Assembly: GCA_026986575.1 (NCBI GenBank)
Contig: JALSOH010000004.1
Coordinates: 352,001-416,000, forward strand
Length of the DNA: 64,000 nucleotides
From: Thermoproteota archaeon
Lineage (GTDB): Archaea > Korarchaeota > Korarchaeia > Korarchaeales > Korarchaeaceae
Reading direction: 5' to 3'
Positions 19,888-30,081 of the stretch are shown here, piece by piece. Below the pieces are notes generated by a model. It saw only the letters and a program-made list of their open reading frames with translations, had not been told where the DNA came from and did not search any database. The position numbers were made by a program, and so were the translations under genes. Every line of letters begins with the position of its first letter. Position 1 is the first letter of the stretch.

Positions 19888-20229
19888 TCACACCTTGAGG
19901 AACTTGAGAGGGAGCTTAGAGGATCCCCTCTTCCTGTAGGGTCTGTTCAGGGGAACGGCTATCTTCCTCTCCTCCTCTGACCTAGGTCTCACGATTCCCA
20001 AGTAGACCGCGCAACTTATGCAGTAGTACCTAGTCTCGAGCCTCTTGGATATGTAAGCCCCCTGTCTCTCCAAATCCTTCCCGAGACTTCCACCAACGGG
20101 CGACACCCATTTTGTCACCTTAACCGCCTTATCGGCCGGAACCGCTCTCCCACACTGATAGCACTGGACTATCCTCTCGTGACCAGAACCACCTAATTTC
20201 CTACCTCTGTTTTTCCTCTTCTTAGGCAT
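19888..20229 (-). CDS. rps26e: 30S ribosomal protein S26e
   Basis: MPKKRKNRGR, C..CGR.VP.DKA, YCISCA; start at ATG 20229. Confidence 0.95.
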   Translation of the reverse strand: MPKKRKNRGRKLGGSGHERIVQCYQCGRAVPADKAVKVTKWVSPVGGSLGKDLERQGAYISKRLETRYYCISCAVYLGIVRPRSEEERKIAVPLNRPYRKRGSSKLPLKFLKV

Positions 20230-20367
20230 ACATTTCCCTAGCGAACTGAGGTGATCCGTGAAAATAAAGGTTTCCTTCTGTGCCACCCAGCAACCACAAT
20301 CAGTTGGCAAGGGATTTTGGAGATGAAGAAAGGAAATCAGAAGGAAAGGAGACCGGATGTTTGGCGA

Positions 20368-21807
20368 TCAGTAGGATCTTCCTATCCATGCCCTGTGTTT
20401 CGCTTCTCTTCCACAGATGACGCACTTCTCCCCCCTGCCCTCCAGTGCGTTTTCCTCGTACCCCAATATGCCGTATCCAATCTCTTCCTCTACCTCGTGC
20501 CCGCACTCCTCTAGACCGCACCAAGGGAACGACACGATCTTCTCACCCACGTTTTCCCTGATCTCCTCTACTGTTTCAGCATGAACTGTCCTCTTCTCAA
20601 AGTATTCCCTGGTCTGCCTCCTCATCTCCTCCTCTATTTCACCGAAAAGGGATTCAATCCTGCTCCCGAGGTCATCAAATGGAACTAGAGACCTCTCCAT
20701 CTTGTCCCTCCTGAAGAGGGTCAGAGTTCTCTCCTCGTACTCCTTCCTACCTACCTCAATCCTTACGGGGACGCCCTTCATCTCCCACTTGAAGAACTTG
20801 TATCCAGGTCTCTCATCGGTATCATCCAGCTCGACCCTGTAATCACCGGCGAGAGCGTTGTAGACCTCCTTAGCGTACTCGAGCACCTTCTCCTCATACC
20901 CCTTCGATGGTATGGGTACCACGACGATCTGAATTGGAGCAAGCTTAGGCGGGAGTTTCAATCCCCTATCGTCGCCATGGATAGCTATCAGGGCCGCTAG
21001 AGACCTCTCAGATATCCCGAAGGATGTAGTATTGACGTTCCTCTTCTGTCCGTTCTCATCCATGTACTCTAGGCCGTAGGTCCTAGCGAACAAATCACCG
21101 AAGTTTATGGCGCTTCCAAGTTCCAACGCTTTTCCGTCTGGCATTATGGTTATCAGATCGTAATTGTACTTGGCCCCAGGGAATGTGTCCCAAGGTGTGG
21201 TCTTCACCACCACATAGGGAACTAGGAGCTCCTCATAAAACTTCTTGTAGATCCACACCTCCAGCTCCACCTGCTTCACCGCATCCTCGTACGTGGCGTG
21301 GAATGTATGCCCCTCTTTAAAGAACACGATCTCCCTGACCCTCAGCATGGGCCTAGTGGCCTTAGTCTCGTATCTGTACACCGGGACGATCTGATAGATC
21401 CTAAGCGGTAAGTCCTTGTAGCTCGTTATCCACCTGTTCAGGACTTCGTACATAATGGCCTCGCTGGTTGGCCTTAATGCCAGCTTCTCCCTTATCTCCT
21501 GCTTACCCAGTCGAGTGATCCAGTAAATGGAATCCTCAAAGCCCTTGATGAATCTGAATTCCCTACTCAAAACTCCCTCCGGCACCACGCCCGGGAAGTA
21601 CACCCTCTTATGCCCAGTTTGTCTCATCAATCTCTCCATGACGTTCATCACGTTCTCCATAAGTTCATAGCCAAAGGGAAGCCATACGTACATCCCCTTG
21701 ACTGGATACCTCTCATCCAAGATTTCCGCCTTGAAGAGGACCTCATCGAACCATCTCGAGAAGTTCTCCCCCTTAGGAGTTAGTTCGAACGCTTCTCTTT
21801 CCGACAT
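20368..21807 (-). CDS. proS: Prolyl-tRNA synthetase (archaeal/eukaryotic type)
   Basis: YPVKG, LRPTSE, RYETK.TRP..RVRE, C-terminal Zn site and terminal Y. Confidence 0.96.
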   Translation of the reverse strand: MSEREAFELTPKGENFSRWFDEVLFKAEILDERYPVKGMYVWLPFGYELMENVMNVMERLMRQTGHKRVYFPGVVPEGVLSREFRFIKGFEDSIYWITRLGKQEIREKLALRPTSEAIMYEVLNRWITSYKDLPLRIYQIVPVYRYETKATRPMLRVREIVFFKEGHTFHATYEDAVKQVELEVWIYKKFYEELLVPYVVVKTTPWDTFPGAKYNYDLITIMPDGKALELGSAINFGDLFARTYGLEYMDENGQKRNVNTTSFGISERSLAALIAIHGDDRGLKLPPKLAPIQIVVVPIPSKGYEEKVLEYAKEVYNALAGDYRVELDDTDERPGYKFFKWEMKGVPVRIEVGRKEYEERTLTLFRRDKMERSLVPFDDLGSRIESLFGEIEEEMRRQTREYFEKRTVHAETVEEIRENVGEKIVSFPWCGLEECGHEVEEEIGYGILGYEENALEGRGEKCVICGREAKHRAWIGRSY

Positions 21808-21845
21808 GTTCCCGCCTCGCCCTGCTCAACCTTCCGAGTAGGTCC

Positions 21846-22520
21846 CTATCTAAAAACTATGCCGATCGATCTGAGGAAGTCCTCCCTCTCAGACACCCTA
21901 AGCACATTGAATCTCATCCCAGGATTCTCCTCCTCCAACTTCCGCACGAGCTTAAGATAGATGTTCTCGAAGTCCGGCTTCATTTCCTCCAACTCCCCGA
22001 GAGCTAGCAATTCCTCCGCAGGGATCTCGACAAAAGGTGAAACATGGCCGAGGACTTCTCTCAAAGCGAGGAATACCTTGCCCTTCAGCACAAGGAGGGA
22101 CGGCGATCCCGTGAAAATGAACCTTAGAAGGAGACCCACGACATCATCCAAGAGCAGAGGGAGGACGACTTTACCTTTATCTTCTTCCCCCTCTTTTAAG
22201 AAGGCCAAGACAGCCTCCCACAAATCCTCGTGGGGTGGTAGTCTTTCCTCTCTGATCGAGACGGGGAATTCAGATTCAATCTCCGAGAAGAGATCCCACA
22301 GCAGATCATCTCGCTTGAGCCCTGACCTGATGAAGATGATGTTGTCGTCCCTTTTCAGGAGCTTGTACCTGCTTATAGTTCGTTTGATCCTGCTGAGTAG
22401 AGAATCTCTGAGGCAGCGACGGCATAGTGCCTCTCCGGAGTACCTCCTAACAATTAGCACATTGCTCGATCCGCACCTACTGCACCTGAGAGCATTTTTA
22501 GTGGACAGAGATCCATTCAT
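21846..22520 (-). CDS. Inactive TtuA/Ctu1 paralog (Ctu2-like)
   Basis: N-terminal C..C...YSG..LC..C zinc finger as in TtuA; PP-loop reduced to SGLKRD; no Fe-S cysteines. Confidence 0.65.
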   Translation of the reverse strand: MNGSLSTKNALRCSRCGSSNVLIVRRYSGEALCRRCLRDSLLSRIKRTISRYKLLKRDDNIIFIRSGLKRDDLLWDLFSEIESEFPVSIREERLPPHEDLWEAVLAFLKEGEEDKGKVVLPLLLDDVVGLLLRFIFTGSPSLLVLKGKVFLALREVLGHVSPFVEIPAEELLALGELEEMKPDFENIYLKLVRKLEEENPGMRFNVLRVSEREDFLRSIGIVFR

Positions 22521-22528
22521 CAGATAAG

Positions 22529-23242
22529 GTGCACACGTTGCTCGATATAAAACCAGAAGCAGAAGTGATCTACGATCCTGAGAGATGGAGGATATTAGCT
22601 AGGAAGAGGAAAAGAGCGATAGAAGTGATGGAAGTGCTATACAGCAGGAGAACACCCGCTTATGTCTACGGGAGTGTGGCTCGTGGAGATGTTAGAGAGA
22701 GCAGCGACGTAGATGTGGTCGTACCTAGATACTCTCTCCCTCTTTCTCTCCTAGAAGGAATCCTGACAGACCGTCTAGGGGATCCTGTCTGCAGGGAGAT
22801 AGTTCAAGCCACCCCTAGAAGCACTCCTAAGTACTACATTCACTTCGATGGTAATACGACGGTCTCTATACCGATAGGGATTCTAAGGAAGAGGGAGGAG
22901 GAGTTCTACAAATTCGGCGGGAGGCTCGATTTAACAGGTCTTAGGAGAGGAAAGAGAGTACCAGGTGTGAACAAGGAATTGAGATTGATATTCCCGACGG
23001 AAAATGGCCACTTAGAGTTTCCTGTGCTCGGGTACGAGGAATACGTGGCCAAGGTACTGGGTGTGGATAAGGATGTAATTGAGGAGAGAGTGAGGGTCCT
23101 CACAAAGCGGAAATCCGTCGGTACAACGGGCCTTTACCTCACGTACCACCTGTTACCGGGAGAGAGTTTCGAAGAAGCCGTATCAAAGCTCAAAAAGGTG
23201 AAGAAGGGGTTCAGATCTAGATTGGCTGAGGATGGAATCTGA
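22529..23242 (+). CDS. Predicted archaeal nucleotidyltransferase (pol-beta superfamily)
   Basis: YGSVARGD...SDVD, IVQATP..TPK, E.EFY.FGG, RVPGVNK. Confidence 0.85.
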   Translation: MHTLLDIKPEAEVIYDPERWRILARKRKRAIEVMEVLYSRRTPAYVYGSVARGDVRESSDVDVVVPRYSLPLSLLEGILTDRLGDPVCREIVQATPRSTPKYYIHFDGNTTVSIPIGILRKREEEFYKFGGRLDLTGLRRGKRVPGVNKELRLIFPTENGHLEFPVLGYEEYVAKVLGVDKDVIEERVRVLTKRKSVGTTGLYLTYHLLPGESFEEAVSKLKKVKKGFRSRLAEDGI

Positions 23243-23246
23243 TCGC

Positions 23247-24320
23247 TCACTCTATCTGATACCTAAGTTTAGCAGCAATGCCACCAAGGGACAACAACTT
23301 CTCACCGGGCTCGCTCTTCGCATCCACTATGTGAAACTCAGCTCTTGTGTCCTCACACATCTCCAATATCCTGAGCACATCGTCACGCGTCTCGGGATTG
23401 AAGAGGAGAGAGCTAGCTACCAAGACCTCGTCAGCTGCGCCGAACTGTACGGCCCTCATTACCTCCTTTAGCCCGTAAGTAACGAGCCTAGATTCCCTGC
23501 CAAGTAGCTCAAATATCTCATCCACCGCCCTCATGTCCTGCGCCAAAGTAAACTCCTTCACGACCCTTTCAACGTCACCACGCTTTATCATCTCTAGAAT
23601 GCCAGAGAAAGTGGAACTGGTGGCTCCACCCTCTCGAAGTTTCTTCCCGAGTTCTGGATTCCTTTCCTTCACGTAGGATGAGAACTTCTCCTTGGCGTAC
23701 CCAGGCCCTCCCACTACTATAGCCTGAGGTCTCATCCTAGAATCTATCTCCTCCAATAGGGATGAAAGCTCCGCGTAGTATTTCCTCTCTGCATCATCCC
23801 TCCTTTTTAGGTCCCCTCTCTTTGACGGGAGGTTGGATCTTACGTAAGCGATCTCCTCGGCCCTATATGCGTCCACCTTTGCAACGGTAGCACCCTCGTC
23901 ATCTATAGCCACTAGTATGACGTTTCCCTTACTTGAGGACTCCTCCGCCCTCCTCAATATGTCCAGATGAGATCTACTCCACTTCTTCTTCACGATCTTC
24001 AATGTGGACCCCTCTATGACGTTTAACGTGTGATGCTGACCCTGTATTCCAAACTTCTCCGGACCCACCCTTACTATGCCCGTGACCCTCAGCCTAGCGG
24101 AGTACTGATCCATCTTGACCTTCTCCACCTCTAAGGTGATGGTCATGGGGACTCTCTCTCCGCTGTCGGCCCTTATACCCTCCTGTTTCACTCTCCTACT
24201 AGTCCTCATGGTAACGAGGTCTCCCGGCTCTAGGATCGAGGAGAGCCAGTAGAGATCATCCAAGCTTTCAACTCTCAGTTTGATGAATCCCTTCTCGAGA
24301 TCCTGCTCTAGAATCTTCAA
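23247..24320 (-). CDS. pelA: Pelota/Dom34 mRNA surveillance protein
   Basis: [26 protein letters not shown]. Confidence 0.95.
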   Translation of the reverse strand: MKILEQDLEKGFIKLRVESLDDLYWLSSILEPGDLVTMRTSRRVKQEGIRADSGERVPMTITLEVEKVKMDQYSARLRVTGIVRVGPEKFGIQGQHHTLNVIEGSTLKIVKKKWSRSHLDILRRAEESSSKGNVILVAIDDEGATVAKVDAYRAEEIAYVRSNLPSKRGDLKRRDDAERKYYAELSSLLEEIDSRMRPQAIVVGGPGYAKEKFSSYVKERNPELGKKLREGGATSSTFSGILEMIKRGDVERVVKEFTLAQDMRAVDEIFELLGRESRLVTYGLKEVMRAVQFGAADEVLVASSLLFNPETRDDVLRILEMCEDTRAEFHIVDAKSEPGEKLLSLGGIAAKLRYQIE

Positions 24321-24329
24321 CTACGCCAC

Positions 24330-25565
24330 CTACTGTGCTGTATATATAGCCATTCCAATGGGCCTTCTCACGATATCCCTAGCGATTCCCCCGACTATGG
24401 CTCTAACACCAACCTCATAGGCCTTATCCACTATCCTCTGAGTAACTATCCTGTCATAGACGATGTACCTGACACCGCCGACCTCCGATAGGGCGTTGAG
24501 GAGATCAGACGTCGACACCTCCGCTATCAGTGAGAGGTTGTCATCCAGTAAGAGGACCTTATCGGTGCCCCTGATCCTCGCGTACTGCTCTCTGAATATC
24601 TCAGGTATTCTGAGTAGTCTCTCATCCTCCTCTCTCCCATGTCTCTGATGGGATACATGGGATGCGGCGGATCTTACGACCATAATCCTCCTCTCCTGAG
24701 GCGGAGATATCCCGAGCTCTTTCCTCACCTCATCGGCCGGGACAGCTGAGGAAAGGGCCCTCCTAATCTCTTTAGCTGTCAGCTCCTCGACCACCTTACC
24801 TTCCGGAGCTCTGGCCACGTAGTCTATGTCTGTCTGTTCAAGCAAAGTCCTGAGAACCATTTCTCCTCCTCTATCCCCATCGACGAAAGCTATAGCTTCC
24901 TTTTCCGAGATCAGCTTAACTAGAGATTTGGGAACCCTCTCCACAGCGCCACCCATCGCTATCACGTTATCGTAACCGTACTTCAGGAGATTCATGACAT
25001 CAGCCCTACCTTCTACGACTATTATCTCCTCAGCGTCCTCAATGCCCCTAGCAGCTGGCAGCTCCTCATCCCCATAGAGTACGAAGTTGGACTTCGCGCT
25101 TTCCCTCTGCACGAACTCTATAAGCTTCCTGAAGCTGTCTTCCCTCTCAACGGACCACTTCTTTAATATTTCGGCGGCCCTCTTGGCTATCTCATTTCGC
25201 CTCTCCTCTCTATCGTCGAGTATTCTAATCAACTTGAATTTCGCTGGATAGGGACCTACCTTATCAACGGTCTCCATCGCAGCGGCGAGTAATGCAGTTC
25301 TGACCTTATCCAGCCCGGAATATAGCTCAACAATTCCTCTGGACCTATCTCCCTCTCTCCTCATCCTTATGTTTATCCTCCCTATCTTCCCCGTTCTTTG
25401 GAGTTCCTTGAGCTCTAACTCAGGACCGAGTAGACCCTCTAACTGTCCGAAAATAGCTCCTATCACATCACTAGTCTCTACAACGCCGTTTACTATAACC
25501 TCCAATTTGGCAATATACTTATGATGGAAAGCGTCCCTTCTCGAATTATCTGCCAAGATAACCAT
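24330..25565 (-). CDS. dnaG: Archaeal DnaG (primase-like, exosome-associated)
   Basis: DVIGAIFGQ.EGLLG, IVVEGRADV, DGDRGG TOPRIM motifs. Confidence 0.95.
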   Translation of the reverse strand: MVILADNSRRDAFHHKYIAKLEVIVNGVVETSDVIGAIFGQLEGLLGPELELKELQRTGKIGRINIRMRREGDRSRGIVELYSGLDKVRTALLAAAMETVDKVGPYPAKFKLIRILDDREERRNEIAKRAAEILKKWSVEREDSFRKLIEFVQRESAKSNFVLYGDEELPAARGIEDAEEIIVVEGRADVMNLLKYGYDNVIAMGGAVERVPKSLVKLISEKEAIAFVDGDRGGEMVLRTLLEQTDIDYVARAPEGKVVEELTAKEIRRALSSAVPADEVRKELGISPPQERRIMVVRSAASHVSHQRHGREEDERLLRIPEIFREQYARIRGTDKVLLLDDNLSLIAEVSTSDLLNALSEVGGVRYIVYDRIVTQRIVDKAYEVGVRAIVGGIARDIVRRPIGMAIYTAQ

Positions 25566-25579
25566 CCTCCCAAGGATAC

Positions 25580-25668
25580 GAATGTCCGCCCGCCAACTAA
25601 TCCCCGCGGGTCACAGGTCAGCCCACGCTTTCCTCCCTACCCACGGGGTCATGTAGTGGCGGGCGGCC
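25580..25668 (-). ncRNA. Structured RNA upstream of dnaG (candidate H/ACA guide or dnaG leader)
   Basis: 10-bp stem, internal loop and 10-bp stem, followed immediately by ACA; TATA (TTATATTT) about 29 nt upstream. Confidence 0.55.
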
Positions 25669-25878
25669 AATATACGACACTTGCCGCAAATATAATCTCT
25701 TCGGTCCACCGGAAGTCCCTATCACAGAGATGCCTAAAATCCCAGTGAAGGGCACCTAATTTACAAGTCCTATTAGAGAAGCTCACGCCCTTAGTCGCAT
25801 CCAACTAACCATGACCGTCCGGTAAAAAGATCATAAAAGATTAAAATGGAGTGGTGTCGTTCCCCTCCGAGGATGGAT

Positions 25879-26082
25879 ATGGGAACAGTGAGGGAGAAGG
25901 TAATTAAGAGGACTGCGTATAAGCTTGTCAAGCAGTATCCAGACCTCTGGACCGAGGATTTCGAGCATAACAAGAGAATGCTCTCACAGATAGCTGAGAT
26001 AAAGTCCAAAGTCTACAGAAACAGGATAGCAGGATATATCACCAGACTGAAGGTCAGAGAAAGAGAAGGAACACTTGTCTGA
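25879..26082 (+). CDS. rps17e: 30S ribosomal protein S17e
   Basis: MG.VR...IKR.A, DFEHNK, SKV.RNRIAGYITR. Confidence 0.95.
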   Translation: MGTVREKVIKRTAYKLVKQYPDLWTEDFEHNKRMLSQIAEIKSKVYRNRIAGYITRLKVREREGTLV

Positions 26083-26177
26083 TTCCCTCACATCATAATG
26101 GGCTCTTTTTCGTTCAATTTCATCCTTTTCAAGGCCATCCTTTTAGAAGCCAACATGCACTCACGAATCGAGGAAAA

Positions 26178-27557
26178 ATGAAGAGAATACTCTATGAAGA
26201 TCTAGAGACGGCTCTTAAAGCTAGAGAGGCCAAGATAGCTGTATTGGGCCAGGGCTACATAGGCCTTCCCACCTCACTTCTCATGGCGAGGGCGGGATTC
26301 ACTGTATATGGATTCGACGTGAACAGGAACCTGATAGATGAGCTCTCGAGGGGAGAGACCCGTCTCAAACAGGAGAAGGGAATAGCTGAATTGTTAGATG
26401 AGCTTAAAGAACGCAATTACTTTCCAACGGGAGATCTAAGCGAACTGTATGGGTCCGACGTGGTTCTAATAGCCGTTCCCACTCCAAGGGGAAGGGATGG
26501 GCCTAACCTCAGCATGGTACTGTCAGCCTTGGAGAGCGCCCTGAAGATAGTGAGGAGGGGCGGACTCATAGTGATAGAGAGCACACTACCCCCCAGAACG
26601 TTCTACGATCTGATAATCCCGACAGTCGAATCTAGGGGCCTAGAGGTAGGCAAGGATGTCTACCTAGCGTACTGCCCAGAGAGGGCTCTGCCAGGAAAGC
26701 TCCTCCAAGAGCTCGTCCAGAACTTCAGGATAATCGGTGCCATCGATGAGAAGTCAGGAACGCTAGCCAAGACACTCTACGAGTCCTTCGTTGAAGGTGG
26801 AATAGAGGTAGTAGACCCCCTCACGGCTGAGATGGTCAAATTGGTGGAGAATTCTTACAGGGATGTGAACATAGCATTCGCCAATGAGGTGGCGAGAATG
26901 TGTGAGGTCTTGGGTGTGGATGTTAGGAAGGTCAGGGAACTAGCGAATAAGCACCCCAGGGTAAACATGCTGATTCCCGGGGTGGGTGTGGGAGGAAGCT
27001 GCCTAACCAAGGACCCGTGGTTCCTGTTCTGGGCCTCACAGGAGAGGGGTTATCGACCCAACCTGATAAAGAGGGCCAGAGAACTCAACGCTGAGATGCC
27101 ATTCCATTACGCTGACCTCTTAGATGAAATAGTGAGACAACTTAGGGGCGGGAAGAGCGGTGTGATAGCCGTGCTGGGTTCTACATATAAAGGAGATGTT
27201 CCCGATCCCAGAGAGTCACCGGTAGAGCCCTTCGTGAAGGAATTGATTAAGAGAGGTCACGCAGTCAAGGTATATGATCCTCTCGTCAGATCTTCATTCG
27301 GCGGCGAGTATGTGCCTGACATACCGGATGCAGTCAAGGATGCCGATGCAATCGCCTTTGTGACCGATCACACTGAGTTCAAAATGCTCGACCTGAGAAA
27401 GCTGAGGAGAGCTGTTAAAAAAGATGGACCTGTGATACTATTCGATGGAAGACTCCTTTTCGATCCAGAAGAGGCTGAAGAAGCTGGTTTCATATACATC
27501 TCGGTGGGAAGACCTTACACGATCTTGGGGAGATCCCTCGTGACTATAGAGGATTGA
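26178..27557 (+). CDS. Nucleotide-sugar dehydrogenase (UDP-N-acetyl-hexosamine dehydrogenase, WecC/WbpA-like)
   Basis: G.GYIGLP, AVPTP, IEST, PER, K..EN.YRDVNIA, GVGGSC..KDP. Confidence 0.92.
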   Translation: MKRILYEDLETALKAREAKIAVLGQGYIGLPTSLLMARAGFTVYGFDVNRNLIDELSRGETRLKQEKGIAELLDELKERNYFPTGDLSELYGSDVVLIAVPTPRGRDGPNLSMVLSALESALKIVRRGGLIVIESTLPPRTFYDLIIPTVESRGLEVGKDVYLAYCPERALPGKLLQELVQNFRIIGAIDEKSGTLAKTLYESFVEGGIEVVDPLTAEMVKLVENSYRDVNIAFANEVARMCEVLGVDVRKVRELANKHPRVNMLIPGVGVGGSCLTKDPWFLFWASQERGYRPNLIKRARELNAEMPFHYADLLDEIVRQLRGGKSGVIAVLGSTYKGDVPDPRESPVEPFVKELIKRGHAVKVYDPLVRSSFGGEYVPDIPDAVKDADAIAFVTDHTEFKMLDLRKLRRAVKKDGPVILFDGRLLFDPEEAEEAGFIYISVGRPYTILGRSLVTIED

Positions 27558-27581
27558 ATCGAAAAACATAAGAAATCCTAA

Positions 27582-28673
27582 TCAAGAGATATGATCTAAG
27601 AGGAACGAAGGGAGTGAAATTATCTTCATCCCTCTCACCTTATTTCTCCCCTCTAGGGCTTCGTAGATCATGGAGTAGCATGCAACTTCCTCGATAATTA
27701 CGTAGTCGGCATCCATGTTGCTCGCTATATCGAGCAGATTTCCTAGCCATCTGTCGAACTTCTCCGGCTCAGCTTGGTAGATGAGCGTTGCCCCGCAGTC
27801 GCAGCACACCCACTCCGGAATCTCCAACACGTTCGCATTCTTTATGGATCTCAGTATCCTCTCGGATGCGCCATTGCTCCTACATGAAGGCACCAAGAAT
27901 ACCTTGTTCTTCTTACCCTTCAGGCTCTTCGTCCTTATCTTCCCCTCCTCTAAAACCTCTTCTATGGTGGAGGCTAAGTCCTTCATGCCCAGATCCGTGA
28001 ACATGTTGGCACACAGCGAGCATCCTGATACCACGCGTTGCGGGGAGAGATCAGCCAAGAACCTCCTCAACTCATCCCTCGACTCTTCGGAACTGTCCTT
28101 CTCTCCAATCACGTACACGAGCCCTCCACAGCATGGCTCGTTTGTTCCCGCTGGGACTACCCTCTCCGAGATCTTCTGGAGGAGCTTGTTCGCTGCTAAC
28201 GCCACTTCAGGTACCGTGTGCACCCAGCATCCTGCAAAGAAGAGTAGATCTGCTCCCTTCTCGGGCTGGAAGTCAGGCGGCAGCCACACCCCCTTAGTTA
28301 TCCTGTCTCCGATCGGGCTGCCAGTCTTCCTCCTCACATCTCTCATGCCGACAGTGACTAAAGGGACGTATCCCATATCTATTAACGCCGATCTGGAACC
28401 GACGATCGCACGGAACACATCTATGCCCACAGGACAGAAGTTACTGCAGAGCCCGCAGTTCATGCAGGTGAACGTGTAACTGAGGAATTCCTCTGTTAAT
28501 TCGATCTTCCCGTAGCTTAGCATTGAGAGAAGCTTTATACGGGCCCTTGCACCTTCTGTCTCTCTAAGGTCCTCCACATGGAACATAGGGCAGGGTATAT
28601 TGCACGCTCCGCATCCAATGCATCTCCCGAGCTCTTTGACAAGCTGCTCTGGGAACTCCACCAAGGGATTCAC
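27582..28673 (-). CDS. Fe-S oxidoreductase (GlcF/HdrD-like; 2x[4Fe-4S] plus CCG domains)
   Basis: CIGCGAC...CP, CMNCGLC...CP, FAGC, CCGG. Confidence 0.85.
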   Translation of the reverse strand: MNPLVEFPEQLVKELGRCIGCGACNIPCPMFHVEDLRETEGARARIKLLSMLSYGKIELTEEFLSYTFTCMNCGLCSNFCPVGIDVFRAIVGSRSALIDMGYVPLVTVGMRDVRRKTGSPIGDRITKGVWLPPDFQPEKGADLLFFAGCWVHTVPEVALAANKLLQKISERVVPAGTNEPCCGGLVYVIGEKDSSEESRDELRRFLADLSPQRVVSGCSLCANMFTDLGMKDLASTIEEVLEEGKIRTKSLKGKKNKVFLVPSCRSNGASERILRSIKNANVLEIPEWVCCDCGATLIYQAEPEKFDRWLGNLLDIASNMDADYVIIEEVACYSMIYEALEGRNKVRGMKIISLPSFLLDHIS

Positions 28674-30007
28674 CTCTCTATGAGCTTTCCGGGGTTCATG
28701 ATCCAGTTCGGATCGAGTGCTTCCTTCACCTTTGAGAATATGTTCACAAACCCCTCATCCATATCTGAGGTTATCCTGTTTACCCCGACCCCAGTTCCGA
28801 ACCCCACAGATCCTCCTAGCGATACCGTCCTGCTTATGACGTTTTGGGCCGCTTTTTCCGTCCTCTCCACCTCCTTCTCGTTGATGGGATCGTACAGGAA
28901 TATGGCCATGACCCAGCCCAAAGGCGGATCGAAGACAGTCACTACAGGGAGCTTCATCCTAGAACCTGTCCTATCTATCTCTTGGACGGCATCCCTGACT
29001 AGATGGGGATGAACTCTCATGCTCACGACCTTTATCGCAGACTCCCTGCTTCTTGCAATCTCGTATATGCCCTTCCTCTTGATCCATATATCGCTCGCAT
29101 CCTCCAAATCGGCTTCCTCATGCTGAATCTCCATACTATCCAATACTCCGCTTAACCTAGAGCTCCACAGATCCACGCACTCTTCCTTACCCGCCAGCTC
29201 TAGGTAGGCTATGGCCTCCGTCCCACCACCCTCAACCACCTCTCTGTAGTTGTGATACACCTCAAAGCCCGTCACACCCATACCCTCCTTCTCTATAGTG
29301 TTCTGGACGGTTATGGAATCAGATACGTCTGAGAACTCAATCATGAAAGCCCTTCTGCTTTCAGGTTTCAAGGGTAGTCTCAGGTAGGCGGATGTAAATA
29401 TCCCTAGGGTCCCCTCTGATCCCAACATTAGGCCTAGAGCGTTCCACTTACTGGGAGGTCCAGGCTGCTCCACTAAGACTACCTCTCCAGATGGGAGAAC
29501 CACCTCAACACCTATCACCAAGTCTTTCATAGTTCCATATTTGGCTGAGAGCGGAGAGGCTGCGTCTTCGGCTATCAGACCGCCAATGGTGGAAAATCCG
29601 GCTCCATCCGGGTTAATGGGCATGAACCTGTCGGGAAACACCTTGTTTAGCTCTAAAACTTTCACTCCAGCTTCCACCCTGATGAGACCGCTGTAATCAT
29701 CCCTGTCCAAGATACCGTTCATCATTTGCATGTCTACAACTATACCCCCCTCTATGGGTAACGGTCCTGCCACTAAAGATGTCCCTGAGCCCCTAGGAAT
29801 TACTGGGACGCCGTATCTATTTGCAGCCTCTACGATGAACGACACATCCTCCACATCAGACGGTCTAACCACGGCGGATGGGATCGCATGAATACCAGAA
29901 GCATCGTAAGAGTAGGCAGATCTGTCCAGATCCTCTAGAAGAACCCTATCCTCTCCTAGCTGGGAGGCGATCTCCTCCGCCGCTTTGACTGCTGGTTCCT
30001 CGGCCAT
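28670..30007 (-). CDS. FAD-linked oxidoreductase (GlcD/D-lactate dehydrogenase-like)
   Basis: PRGSGTS, STIGG, KYG, GSEGTLG, DP..IMNPGK. Confidence 0.85.
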   Translation of the reverse strand: MAEEPAVKAAEEIASQLGEDRVLLEDLDRSAYSYDASGIHAIPSAVVRPSDVEDVSFIVEAANRYGVPVIPRGSGTSLVAGPLPIEGGIVVDMQMMNGILDRDDYSGLIRVEAGVKVLELNKVFPDRFMPINPDGAGFSTIGGLIAEDAASPLSAKYGTMKDLVIGVEVVLPSGEVVLVEQPGPPSKWNALGLMLGSEGTLGIFTSAYLRLPLKPESRRAFMIEFSDVSDSITVQNTIEKEGMGVTGFEVYHNYREVVEGGGTEAIAYLELAGKEECVDLWSSRLSGVLDSMEIQHEEADLEDASDIWIKRKGIYEIARSRESAIKVVSMRVHPHLVRDAVQEIDRTGSRMKLPVVTVFDPPLGWVMAIFLYDPINEKEVERTEKAAQNVISRTVSLGGSVGFGTGVGVNRITSDMDEGFVNIFSKVKEALDPNWIMNPGKLIER

Positions 30008-30081
30008 ATTTAACCCCTAAGACCCATAAGAGCAGGAAAATGTAATAACCTTTCGTAGAGTAGGGGTATCGGTGGGATCAG

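Noticed and set aside
25620-25640. GAGGAAAG..GGGC resemblance to RNase P RNA conserved region I
   Set aside because: The element is only about 90 nt and has no P4 partner or conserved region V.
27781-28479. 232-aa plus-strand ORF and the many other Ser/Pro/Leu-rich antisense ORFs
   Set aside because: They lie opposite well-supported genes and have the composition expected of antisense frames.
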